Origin: a virus
Lineage: Duplodnaviria > Heunggongvirae > Uroviricota > Caudoviricetes
Strand: one strand, 5' to 3'
Virus record (IMG/VR): IMGVR_UViG_3300037067_009442
Span: 93,721 to 157,720 of that record
Length of the DNA: 64,000 nt
Position numbers and translations under genes: made by a program. The notes under the pieces are model-generated. The model had not been told where the DNA came from. It ran no database searches and saw only the letters and a list, made by a program, of their open reading frames with translations. Of the stretch, positions 1 through 9,152 are shown piece by piece (position 1 is the first letter of the stretch; the number at the start of each line of letters is the position of its first letter).

Positions 1-187
1 GAAGCCCCAGTGGGATTAACCCCAAACTTAATGACCGGGACCCCACTGTCAGCAAATACCTTCGCTACCTTATCACTGACCCGAGAACACAGGACCCCAT
101 CAGGATTGGTCACTCGAAGCCGCCAACTAGGCTCTAGAGATGGGACCGGTGGAATCAGGTAGACTAACGTACTCATGGCTTTCCTTC

Positions 188-655
188 TCAGTGTAAACTA
201 GGGTCTACCTTGGTCTGTCGGTGCATCAAGATCTTGATGGACTGGACTACTTCTTCAACAGGATCAACTCTAGGCTCCAGGGTCTCAAGCTTATGCTTAC
301 TAAGCTCCCCTGTGAAGTAATCGATGTACCCCTCAACCTCAGACCCCCAGAACTCTTCCGTTAGGACCGTCTCAGGATCATCCTCAGTCCGAAGGATCTT
401 ACTACCACGGGTGCAAGTCTCAGCCCAGATCATCGCCTTACGCTCTTCACCCTCAATCACAAAGTCTTGGTACACCACCACTACCAAGGTGACCACGTAG
501 GTCTTGGATGTAGTGGTGTCCTGGATCCCACCCCTAAGATCCCTAAGCCACTCCGAGATCACCGTCGAGATCATGAAGGTCAATGACCCTCGCTTGGCCT
601 CGATTACGCGACTCTTGCTCCAATGTACTACGGTTGAGTCAGTCTTTTCGTTCAT
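188..655 (-). CDS. hypothetical protein
   Basis: 155-aa ORF directly downstream of the adjacent minus-strand ORF ending at 659. Confidence 0.6.
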   Translation of the reverse strand: MNEKTDSTVVHWSKSRVIEAKRGSLTFMISTVISEWLRDLRGGIQDTTTSKTYVVTLVVVVYQDFVIEGEERKAMIWAETCTRGSKILRTEDDPETVLTEEFWGSEVEGYIDYFTGELSKHKLETLEPRVDPVEEVVQSIKILMHRQTKVDPSLH

Positions 656-658
656 AGC

Positions 659-910
659 CTACCCTGTGAAGCTCTCAAAGTGTTCCTGGATCCCAGGGAA
701 CCCTAACTCACGGGAGTACTTGCAGGCAAGCTCCTTGCCATATTTGTACGCCTCTCGAGACCCCTCGAACCCAGAGCTCTGAACGAACCGATAGGTGGGA
801 ACATCCGTCCCAGGTACAACCCCCGCCCCATAGAATAGTCGAGCCCCAGTGTCCAAAAGGAACCCCAGCCACTCCCGCTCCTTTACATACTGAACGTCAA
901 CGACCTTCAT
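659..910 (-). CDS. hypothetical protein
   Basis: ORF; likely start MKVVDVQ at 910, avoiding overlap with the divergent DUF3307-like gene. Confidence 0.55.
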   Translation of the reverse strand: MKVVDVQYVKEREWLGFLLDTGARLFYGAGVVPGTDVPTYRFVQSSGFEGSREAYKYGKELACKYSRELGFPGIQEHFESFTG

Positions 911-937
911 AGTCAATCCCTTCGGTGTAGAATGGGC

Positions 938-1444
938 ATGATAACAGGCGATCAGATCTTGTGCCACATGATTGGGGACTACGTTCTACAGTCCGATTGG
1001 GCTGCAAGCGAGAAGACCAAACGATGGGCACCCGCAGCGGTTCACGCCCTAACCTACGTGATCCCCTTCTGGGTCCTACTCCTCTTTCAAGGGGTACCTC
1101 TCCCCAATCAGCTAGCAGCCCTAGCAGTCATTGGAAGTACCCACTACTTGATTGATCGATACCGACTATCTCGTCACATCGGTTGGGTCAAGAACTTTCT
1201 CGCCCCAAAGTGGATAGAAACCGACAAGACTGTCAGCAAGCGATCAAGCGCTTTCGAGCAGGGTCAAGAGGTTGAGTGGGTGAACGATGTTCCCGTCTAC
1301 GCCCGGAACTACCCATGGTCGGAATGCTCAGGTACCGGCTACCACTCAAGTAAGCCAGTTTGGTTGTCGGTTTGGCTCATGATCATCACCGACAACACTC
1401 TACACGTGCTAATCAACGGTCTAGCACTGATGCTTCTGACGTGA
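938..1444 (+). CDS. DUF3307-family membrane protein
   Basis: LCHMIGDYVLQSDW..K, VHALTY, STHYLIDR, DNTLH motifs; hydrophobic segments; start follows TTCGGTGTA motif. Confidence 0.8.
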   Translation: MITGDQILCHMIGDYVLQSDWAASEKTKRWAPAAVHALTYVIPFWVLLLFQGVPLPNQLAALAVIGSTHYLIDRYRLSRHIGWVKNFLAPKWIETDKTVSKRSSAFEQGQEVEWVNDVPVYARNYPWSECSGTGYHSSKPVWLSVWLMIITDNTLHVLINGLALMLLT

Positions 1445-1449
1445 CCCTA

Positions 1450-1701
1450 TCAGTGTACTTCCCAAACTACCTCGAACCCGTCTGCCTCCATGGAAGCTAA
1501 CCACTTCTTTAGAAGCCTACCTGGGTCCCCATACCGTTTTCTGTACAGGTTGTACTTTGCCTCTGTACCAGAGCAACTAACTATCTCATTCGAATCCTCT
1601 GTTCGAGTCTGAGCTAGTGGCCCGCGTTCCCTATGCTGCCTCTTACGGCCATTCGGAGTAACGATCACCCCTTGAGCATACACGCTTAGGTTCATTGACA
1701 T
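1450..1701 (-). CDS. hypothetical protein
   Basis: 83-aa ORF filling the space between neighbours. Confidence 0.55.
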   Translation of the reverse strand: MSMNLSVYAQGVIVTPNGRKRQHRERGPLAQTRTEDSNEIVSCSGTEAKYNLYRKRYGDPGRLLKKWLASMEADGFEVVWEVH

Positions 1702-1713
1702 AAGGTGCCTACC

Positions 1714-1773
1714 TCAGATCACTTCCTCCCGCTCGAAGCGGGTGGGAGTGACCCCATCAATAAGTATCAACAA
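1714..1773 (-). pseudogene. orphan C-terminal tag fragment (LLILIDGVTPTRFEREEVI*)
   Basis: Perfect TRFER tag with stop; in-frame TGA at 1788-1786 and no ATG. Confidence 0.55.
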
Positions 1774-1778
1774 TTTGG

Positions 1779-1807
1779 TTGAGAATCAGGACCCTCGTAC
1801 GTAGTAT
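1779..1807 (+). promoter_or_regulatory. sigma70-type promoter, leaderless
   Basis: TTGAGA-N17-TAGTAT, ATG 1813 five nt downstream. Confidence 0.8.
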
Positions 1808-1812
1808 AGGGT

Positions 1813-2157
1813 ATGGAAAGTAAGTTCCACTGTAAAAACCTCTCGGACAATTGGGTAGTGGCGGTAGATGAAGTATACATGGAAGTCCCTTCACAGGCTG
1901 AAGCCATGGTCATCTACGATATGATTGGGGAAATTGAAAACTCACCCTTCGGATCGGCTATCGTCCTGCCTCCACGGTACACTGCAGTCAATATCTTCAA
2001 GAAGGTAGCTACAGAGTCAATTCAATCCTTCTCGAAGAAGGTTAATCCTGACTATGTGGCCAAACACCTAGAACGAAACATTGCCCGCCGAAATCAGCCC
2101 TGTGAATCGGAACCTGAGCTTGGCTCCCCCTGGGGCTTGTTCAGCTCTTGCAACTGA
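1813..2157 (+). CDS. hypothetical protein
   Basis: ATG placed 5 nt after conserved promoter. Confidence 0.7.
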   Translation: MESKFHCKNLSDNWVVAVDEVYMEVPSQAEAMVIYDMIGEIENSPFGSAIVLPPRYTAVNIFKKVATESIQSFSKKVNPDYVAKHLERNIARRNQPCESEPELGSPWGLFSSCN

Positions 2158-2564
2158 GTACGACGGTTAGCGGGCGTTGGGATTAGGTCCTCACGACCCC
2201 TAAAGGTCTTCTTCACGTTGCTGATGGTAATGGTCCACGCCTTAGCCTGCTCATCACCGCCCAAACCAACCTTCAAGCGGGCCGACCATCCAAGACGAGG
2301 AACCCGAACCGGGTCGTAATTGAACCCAGGATCATCCATCGAGATGAAGGTGTGGTTCGGATGCTCAGAGGCGAACTTCTTCATGTCACCCCAGAGCTCG
2401 TGAATGTCTTCCCAGTCAGTCGGGATAGGTGTGCTGTCCAAAGTCGACCCCATCCTCAAAGGCTTCCCAGGCTCACTAATTGACCAGTCACCGGGTACTG
2501 TACTCATGGCTTCAAGTACACCCCCAGGCTCACTGATTAACCATTCCCTTTTTACTTTACCCAT
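2094..2564 (-). CDS. hypothetical protein
   Basis: 156-aa ORF overlapping the stop of upstream 2557..3978. Confidence 0.6.
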   Translation of the reverse strand: MGKVKREWLISEPGGVLEAMSTVPGDWSISEPGKPLRMGSTLDSTPIPTDWEDIHELWGDMKKFASEHPNHTFISMDDPGFNYDPVRVPRLGWSARLKVGLGGDEQAKAWTITISNVKKTFRGREDLIPTPANRRTQLQELNKPQGEPSSGSDSQG

Positions 2565-3978
2565 GGCAACTCGGAGTGGGGAGGGTTACTCGAGACCTCT
2601 CAAGGTATGCCGAATCCTCATCCCAGTTCAAAACCTTCCATCCGATGGCGAGGGCCCAGGCCTCAAACCACTGGTACCCCTCATGAGGTAACTTCACCGT
2701 CCCCGGAGCTACCTTACGATAAAGATCCAAAACAAAAGCCTCAGGAAGACGTATGCCGCGAAACTCAGGAGCTACCTTGATCGGATCATGAACCCGACCC
2801 TCCAATCGCTCTACTACCTCCCTGGCTACCGTCTGTGCCGTCACCGCTTCCGACTGAGAGAGCCCCGACCTCCGGAACTCTTGAACCGTTAGAAGGTCCT
2901 GTACCTCCTCCAGAACCTCCCGTGGTGATACCCCATGAGGATAGACCGGTACCGAAGAGGATGGCTCCTCCTGACCCAGAGGAGAGTCGTCTACCTCGTC
3001 CCTGACCATCAAGGAGGCTAGGAGCCCTACCATGTCCCGATGGTACTTCATCCACTCAGCCCATGGTCGATCCTGCCCACCTGTCTCCGATGGCTGCCAT
3101 AAGACATTCCGATAGGCACAAACACACGTCATCCATACTGCCTCCGCTACCTCATAGAGGAACCCGTCAAGCTCCCCCTCCTGAACCCCTCCCTCCAATG
3201 CCATCAACCAATGAGTTCCCCATCCCGTAGGTAGCTCGTCCTTCAACACGTCCCCTAAATGATGCTCCCGACCCATCGGATGAAAAGCCCCCGCCCTCCG
3301 TATCGTCTCACGTACCGCTTGTATCGTCTTCCCCTCACTATGAAGCTCAAGAACCTTCTTCCGATCTGTCATCCCCGAGGTATCTACCGCCGATTCCAAC
3401 ATCTCGTTGCAAATGGCCCAGTAATCCCGAACATACTCGTGGATGTCACCAAAGGTCTCTACCTCCCCCTTCCAACTCCGTGTCCACGTCCCCATCGCTA
3501 ACTCCCACACATCCGAACGTATGAAAGCTGCCCTCACATGAACCGCTCGATTACTCCCCGTCGGTAACTCCGATGGCTTCGTAGCTTCCAAAGTGACCCT
3601 CCTCAAATCACCCCCAAACCCAGGAACTAATAGCCGCTCCTCCCACTGAGCATCCCACATCCCAGAGAAATCCATCCCTCGATGTACCGCTATGTCGTGA
3701 CTCGAATTCGCCCCTATACCTAATTCATACATGTCGGCCTGAAGACCACTTACCCACAGCCGCTCCATCACCGTCCCCAACTCCAATAGCTTCACCCCAC
3801 CATAATCGTCATACTTTCCCCGAATTGGAAACGTTCGTGGAAGCCACTTCGACGTAAAGTCCATCTTACTCTCACCCAACGTGGCCCGAGGGTGCTCCAC
3901 TACCAAAAGTACCCGCACCAATTCACCCTCACCTATCGGTAACCCACTCAACATGCACGTCTGGTTGAAGCTGCCCAT
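2557..3978 (-). CDS. hypothetical phage protein
   Basis: 473-aa ORF; N-terminus MGSFNQTCMLSGLPI...YDDYG. Confidence 0.75.
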   Translation of the reverse strand: MGSFNQTCMLSGLPIGEGELVRVLLVVEHPRATLGESKMDFTSKWLPRTFPIRGKYDDYGGVKLLELGTVMERLWVSGLQADMYELGIGANSSHDIAVHRGMDFSGMWDAQWEERLLVPGFGGDLRRVTLEATKPSELPTGSNRAVHVRAAFIRSDVWELAMGTWTRSWKGEVETFGDIHEYVRDYWAICNEMLESAVDTSGMTDRKKVLELHSEGKTIQAVRETIRRAGAFHPMGREHHLGDVLKDELPTGWGTHWLMALEGGVQEGELDGFLYEVAEAVWMTCVCAYRNVLWQPSETGGQDRPWAEWMKYHRDMVGLLASLMVRDEVDDSPLGQEEPSSSVPVYPHGVSPREVLEEVQDLLTVQEFRRSGLSQSEAVTAQTVAREVVERLEGRVHDPIKVAPEFRGIRLPEAFVLDLYRKVAPGTVKLPHEGYQWFEAWALAIGWKVLNWDEDSAYLERSRVTLPTPSCHG

Positions 3979-4388
3979 ATAAATTAGGACCCTACCCCAA
4001 CCCCGACCACCAAGTCACCCAAAAACATCCAAAAAACCAACTAGGCGAAGCAGGCCGGCAAGAAGCAAAGACCCAAACCCCCCAGAGAGAAGAAGAGAAG
4101 GACTCCCAGAGAGAGTCAGAGAAGGACAGAGACAAGGAACCCCCACCTACCCATGAGGAGGAGTGAGGACCACGTACATGAGGATGACCCCCCTAGACTC
4201 GGACACGGGGAGAAGGGAGGAGGAGAGAGTCACCTTCACCTCCCTAGAAGGATCCCTTCCTGTGTCCTTCCTATGAGCTTAGTACGGCCGTAAGGCCCAG
4301 ACTCCGCTGAAGTACTCCGTCCATCCCTCATGGTCACGTAGGGTCACTCCCAAGAGCCTCCAACTACCCAAGGTGTCTGTCCCTTGAC

Positions 4389-4464
4389 TGCTCCTGATCC
4401 TTCCCTTTGGCTTCCCCGATCCTTCCCCCGATCCCTCCCTTTGGGTGCTCCTGATCCTTCCCTT
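4389..4464. repeat. short direct repeats (TGCTCCTGATCCTTCCCTT x2 plus GATCCTTCCC partials)
   Basis: 19-bp copies at 4389-4407 and 4446-4464 in intergenic DNA. Confidence 0.7.
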
Positions 4465-4608
4465 GGCATCAATGGGCCGAAGAGCCAAATTGATGCCATG
4501 ATCCCCGTAAACCAAACGGACGTGCGGCCCGTGAGTATAATTTCACGAACGCAACAAATACCTTGACATTTCAAAGTCTCCTCATGGCTTCGCTCGTGAT
4601 TGACAGTG

Positions 4609-4650
4609 AATTGTGTGATATCCCGTTTAATAAATTGTGTGATTCACACA
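4609..4650. promoter_or_regulatory. operator-like palindrome TGTGTGA-T-TCACACA plus second half-site
   Basis: Palindrome 4636-4650; AATTGTGTGAT at both 4609 and 4633; AT-rich divergent intergenic region. Confidence 0.5.
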
Positions 4651-4748
4651 TTGACTGTTACCACTATGTGTAATCTCTTTAAGGATTAGGTCGAGTGGTG
4701 GGAACTAGTCAAGAGGCCGGCTGGGTGTCAGCGGTGTAGAGAGTGATC

Positions 4749-5003
4749 ATGGCAACGAAGGATGAATTGGTTGAGCAGTACAAGGATGAGAAGGCAAAGC
4801 TGGCTCGGGTCGAGCGGGCTATGGCCATTCAAAAGGAACGAGTGCAAGCACTGGCGAAAGTAATTTGTGAGGAGCATGGGAAGGGACCTTACGACCTCGG
4901 AGATGGGAAGCCGGAGGGGTACCAGATCCAATGTCGAGGTGGAGACACGTACTACTTCGTTGCCATAGTGCCGAAGGGCAAGAAGGCCTCGACCGATGCC
5001 TGA
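4749..5003 (+). CDS. hypothetical protein
   Basis: ATG 10 nt after GGTGTA; N-terminal coiled-coil-like segment. Confidence 0.7.
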   Translation: MATKDELVEQYKDEKAKLARVERAMAIQKERVQALAKVICEEHGKGPYDLGDGKPEGYQIQCRGGDTYYFVAIVPKGKKASTDA

Positions 5004-5592
5004 CTCTCCTGAGGTGATGCTCTCTGAGGTGATGGACCGATACCTGAGTCGATGCTGTGTGTGCTTCAGGGGGGCTACTCGCCAACTCAAGGGGTTGGTC
5101 ATCATGGAGGACGTTCCTGACTTCTGTGACCGTCATGGGGTTGATGACATCCCTCAGTACTGTATGATGAAGTCGGACGAGTATGAGGAGCTACCCCAGG
5201 CGGAGCTCGTTCGAAGGTACGAGGCTCTGCACCGGTGCCAGGGTCCTCTCCCCGAGTGTGCTTGGCATGGTGCGGTAGAGGGGTTCGTGGAGGCGGTGAA
5301 CGCCCGCTTCTGTGCCAGTCAAGATCCAAAGCCTGAGTCGATCTGGGTTAGGGTCCGACCACCCTCAGAGGAGGAGCTTGGGATTCAAGTCCACTACCCC
5401 AAGATGATGCCCTTCCTCCGAGTGGGCTCCCTTGCCCACGTCCTCTCTTGCTACTCTGGGGGCCCCCAAACTCGGTACGTTGAGATCCGGGTAGGGTCAT
5501 CCCCCGCTGTTTACACTCTCGAGGACTTCATGAAGACCTACATCAAGACCGTTGACTGGACCCCCGAGCAGGAAGGACCGCTCCATGACTGA
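4996..5592 (+). CDS. hypothetical protein (Cys-containing)
   Basis: 198-aa ORF overlapping both neighbours. Confidence 0.65.
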   Translation: MPDSPEVMLSEVMDRYLSRCCVCFRGATRQLKGLVIMEDVPDFCDRHGVDDIPQYCMMKSDEYEELPQAELVRRYEALHRCQGPLPECAWHGAVEGFVEAVNARFCASQDPKPESIWVRVRPPSEEELGIQVHYPKMMPFLRVGSLAHVLSCYSGGPQTRYVEIRVGSSPAVYTLEDFMKTYIKTVDWTPEQEGPLHD

Positions 5593-6160
5593 ACGACGTC
5601 GTAACCCATTCCGGAAGGAGAAGGGCAAGGAGGCTATTCCGGTTGTCTCTGACCCCAAGACCGGGATGTTGGTAGGGTACCGAGGATCGATACCCGGGAA
5701 GAGGAATGACAAGGTAGAGGTCCCAAAGAGGGGGAGGCCCAAGGGGAGCATTAAGAAGGTAACGGCAAAGTCTGCAAAGCGTAGGCTTCTGAATGAGATG
5801 ATCCAGAAGCGGAGGGAGAGGCTCAGGGAGGAGAAGTCCAGACCCCCCACCACCAAGAGGTCCTACCCCTCTCAGGTTGTCGTTCAGCTCCCTCATGAAA
5901 CCAGATCGATCCTCCTAGCTGAAGTGGAGAAGCGGACCCTGGCCCTAGGGGTCCGAGTCTACATCGCTGACGTCGCTCGAGACTACCTCGAGAAGGGGAT
6001 GCAGGAGGACTACCCTGGGCACAAGGTTGAGGGTGAGGTCCGCTCTTACCAGAAGCCCCAGCCTCCCCCTGACCCCTATGCTCGGTTCTCTGTCCGTCAG
6101 ACCCAACGCCTCAAGGTCCTTGGCATCACCCCTCCCCCCGAGGAGGAAGAAGAGGATTGA
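5585..6160 (+). CDS. basic DNA-binding protein (AT-hook plus RHH-like segment)
   Basis: PKRGRPKGS AT-hook; VVVQLP...IADVARDYLEKG resembles ribbon-helix-helix; Lys/Arg rich. Confidence 0.55.
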   Translation: MTERRRNPFRKEKGKEAIPVVSDPKTGMLVGYRGSIPGKRNDKVEVPKRGRPKGSIKKVTAKSAKRRLLNEMIQKRRERLREEKSRPPTTKRSYPSQVVVQLPHETRSILLAEVEKRTLALGVRVYIADVARDYLEKGMQEDYPGHKVEGEVRSYQKPQPPPDPYARFSVRQTQRLKVLGITPPPEEEEED

Positions 6161-6207
6161 CGGGTACGAGGGTCAATTAGAACTACATGTAAGACAGGGC
6201 TATTAGC

Positions 6208-6390
6208 ATGAACATGGTAGTAGCCTACATGTAGCTTGACTCTGAGGCCGATATTAGAGAGAGTCCGAGGTTCTAAGTCACCCTCTACGGGTATGAACCT
6301 GACTCAGAACTACATGTAAGATAGGCCTCATCAAGCCCTTACGAGTATGAACCCGGTCAATACCTACATGTAGTAGAGGCCCATGTTCAT
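6208..6390. repeat. cluster of ATGAAC-N11-CTACATGTA sites
   Basis: Copies at 6208, 6293, 6347 (+) and 6390 (-) with invariant 11-nt spacer. Confidence 0.8.
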
Positions 6391-6440
6391 ACTCGTAGGG
6401 TTTTTCTTCGTTTCCGTAGGTGAGGGGCTAGTGGGTTTTC

Positions 6441-6494
6441 CCGGCCCGCTGACGGAAACCTGCGCCACGTTGCAGGTTTCCGTCAGCGGGCCGG
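6441..6494. repeat. perfect 23-bp inverted repeat, 8-nt loop
   Basis: CCGGCCCGCTGACGGAAACCTGC / GCAGGTTTCCGTCAGCGGGCCGG. Confidence 0.95.
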
Positions 6495-6619
6495 ACCTCA
6501 GGTACGCAGAAATGCTCGATTTCTGAAATGACCTTAGACTAAAATTAGAGGGTCCGGTCTAATAGCCCCTCGGGACCTACCCTTCGCCCGCTGATACGTT
6601 GGCAATGTCATTGAAGAGG

Positions 6620-7312
6620 GGCTTCAGAGTCAAAGTAGGAGAAGCCGGTAGTTCGAGCTTCAGAGTCAAAGTAGGAGAAGCCGGTAGTTCGAGCTTCAGA
6701 GTCAAAGTAGGAGAAGCCGGTAGTCCGAGCTATCGAGTCAAACCAAGAGAAGCCGATGGTCCGAGCTTCAGAGTCAAAGTAGGAGAAGCCGATAGTCCGA
6801 GCTTCAGACTCAAACCAAGAGAAGCCGATAGTCCGAGCTTCAGACTCAAACCAAGAGAAGCCGATAGTCCGAGCTTCAGACTCAAACCAAGAGAAGCCGG
6901 TAGTTCGAGCTTCAGAGTCAAAGTAGGAGAAGCCGATAGTCCGAGCTATCGATTCAAACCAAGAGAAGCCGGTAGTTCGAGCTTCAGAGTCAAAGTAGGA
7001 GAAGCCGATAGTCTGAGCTTCAGAGTCAAAGTAGGAGAAGCCGATAGTTCGAGCTTCAGACTCAAAGTAGGAGAAGCCGATAGTTCGAGCTTCAGAGTCA
7101 AAGTAGGAGAAGCCGGTAGTCCGAGCTATCGAGTCAAAGTAGGAGAAGCCGATAGTCCGAGCTTCAGAGTCAAAGTAGGAGAAGCCGATAGTCTGAGTTA
7201 TCGACTCAAACCAAGAGAAGCCAGTAGTCGGAGCTATCGATTCAAACCAAGAGAAGCTGGTAGTCGGAGCTATCGATTCAAACCAAGAGAAGCCGATAGT
7301 CGGGGCTTCAGG
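6620..7312 (+). repeat. 36-bp tandem repeat array, 19 copies plus partial
   Basis: Consensus AGCTTCAGAGTCAAAGTAGGAGAAGCCGATAGTCCG; open frame 6599..7390 gives SFRVKVGEADSP repeats. Confidence 0.95.
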
Positions 7313-7574
7313 GTTGACTTACTTCAAGGGGGCGGGGTAAGGTCCTGGGGTCTCTCAGGCTTCAATAGGTCGGAGGATAATCCCACGTGAGGCTCGAACT
7401 GCATATGAGCTATCCATGGTTATAGCAATTATGACCTTCGAGAAGATGTGCCGGGAAGATCCGAACTATTAAAGCCGGGCTTTTTAATAATCAGGGCCCT
7501 ACCAAAGACGGAGACGATGGAAGGCCGATCCCTTGACCTGTTGGGAGAAACAATAGACAGGTCAGTACTCTCCT

Positions 7575-7859
7575 ATGAAAAACAGAGTGTTCTGGGTCGA
7601 CAAGTTCAATCTTGCGTCTATTCAAGGTCGGGAACTTGATAGAATGGCCGACAAGTTGACGCAGCAGATCACCCTGAAGACTGGTGTCAGGAAGGGGTAT
7701 CAGGACCGACGGGGGATTGCCCAGTTACGGTCAAGGTTGGCCCATCTAGTCCGGAGGTCGCTCTACCTGAAGGGTAGGATGGTCTACTATGATGAGAGGA
7801 TCATAGCCTTGGAGAACCGGAGTAGGTTTGATCGGATTCTGAGGAGCCCGGTCATTTAG
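7575..7859 (+). CDS. hypothetical protein with TRFER-type C-terminal tag
   Basis: Ends SRFDRILRSPVI*. Confidence 0.65.
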   Translation: MKNRVFWVDKFNLASIQGRELDRMADKLTQQITLKTGVRKGYQDRRGIAQLRSRLAHLVRRSLYLKGRMVYYDERIIALENRSRFDRILRSPVI

Positions 7860-8251
7860 GTGGTTGACACCCCGAAGGGGTTGAGGTAACCTCTACCTCG
7901 CTCCTGGTGACTCTAGGACCTCCCAAGACAGGGCCAGCCCCTTCCTCTCTGAGAGAGCCTCCTAGGTACCCAGACCTGAGCAAGGATAGTTACGGTGCTG
8001 AGCTCATGGATTCCCATAGAGCAGTTCCTCAAGGGAACGGTAGTGAGTAAGTGAGATCATCTCTGTGTCTTGGGTCAGCCTCCCCACCCTCTGGGTAAAC
8101 AGGCCTTGAAGACCGCTCGAGTGCCCTCACCAATCCCTTCCGATCCTGACAAGAAGCTGACCTAAGAGCCTAAATGAGTAAGAGCAGATTGCGCTTGGAT
8201 CCCCACCTTGAACGGTGAGCCGGATACCAGGCTAAAGTGGTTTAAAAGGGG

Positions 8252-8332
8252 ATGTAGGTATTGACCGGGTTCATGCCGGTAAGGAGGCTTTTCGTGCTCT
8301 ATAGGCATGAACAGGGCTACAACCTACATGTA
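8252..8332. repeat. second cluster of ATGAAC-N11-CTACAT(GTA) sites; inverted copy of 6337-6369
   Basis: 8252-8284 matches reverse complement of 6337-6369 at 30/33 nt; direct site at 8307-8332. Confidence 0.8.
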
Positions 8333-8336
8333 TTAC

Positions 8337-9152
8337 CTACTCGAATTGCACTGCTAGTACAAGACCCTCCTCAGACGTGGGGGATACACTGAGGTTGTAG
8401 GGTATCTCTCCTAAGCGAGAGTGGCCATTGAAGGTGATGTAGAGGGTCCTGATCCCGTTGTTGGTGTACTCCCTCACCCCAGCGTTGATGCCAAGGTGCC
8501 GAAGGGCTCGAACGATATCCCCTAAGTGGAGCTCTCTTAGCTCTTCGTCAGTGAGTCTGTCCCCTGGCTCTGCAATAGGGGCGCCCTCTGAAGTACTTGA
8601 CTGAACTGGCTCTTCATCCGGGTCTAAGGCAGCTAGCAAAGAAGCTACTCCGAACACCCCTTGATGCGTTACCACAAATTGAGCTTCGAGGGCCTGTCGA
8701 GCGTTCTCTAATGTTTCTTCGTCCTGGGTGTCTTCGGTAGCTATCTCAAGGAGGGTGCGGGGAAGGGAGGTTGCCTCATGGACTACCTCTACCGGCTCTT
8801 CAGGGGGAGGGAAGAGGATCATTGCATCTTCGTAGGACAGCTCCTCCCGAACTCTCTCTACAGCTCTTTGCTGTATGTCTGGGGACACCTGAGGTGGCTC
8901 AAGGTGAGCCTGGGCTCCCACGAGAGCCATAGCTATTCGATGGACCCCCGGAGGCAACTCAGGGTACCGAGAAGCTCGGGGCATGGGGTGGAGTAACGCC
9001 GAGCGAGGAGCCCTCTGAGCTACCTCAGCGATCAGAGGAGGGACTTCGAAGCCTACTTGAGGTCCGAGGGCTTCATCCATCTCCTGAAACATCTCTTCAG
9101 GGGCTCGAGGGACATGCTCCCAGTAGTCTTCAACGTCGTCAGTATCGGACAT
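8337..9152 (-). CDS. hypothetical protein, acidic-W N-terminal family
   Basis: Starts MSDTDDVEDYWE; C-terminal LRHLGINAGV domain shared with 9320..11017 and 39054..39761. Confidence 0.75.
   Translation of the reverse strand: MSDTDDVEDYWEHVPRAPEEMFQEMDEALGPQVGFEVPPLIAEVAQRAPRSALLHPMPRASRYPELPPGVHRIAMALVGAQAHLEPPQVSPDIQQRAVERVREELSYEDAMILFPPPEEPVEVVHEATSLPRTLLEIATEDTQDEETLENARQALEAQFVVTHQGVFGVASLLAALDPDEEPVQSSTSEGAPIAEPGDRLTDEELRELHLGDIVRALRHLGINAGVREYTNNGIRTLYITFNGHSRLGEIPYNLSVSPTSEEGLVLAVQFE

Noticed and set aside
6620-7312. CRISPR array
   Set aside because: 36-bp units are contiguous with no unique spacers, and no cas genes are visible.
6337-8284. IS or transposon bounded by inverted repeats
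   Set aside because: No transposase, no target-site duplication seen, and the repeat subunits also occur in direct orientation inside and outside the pair.
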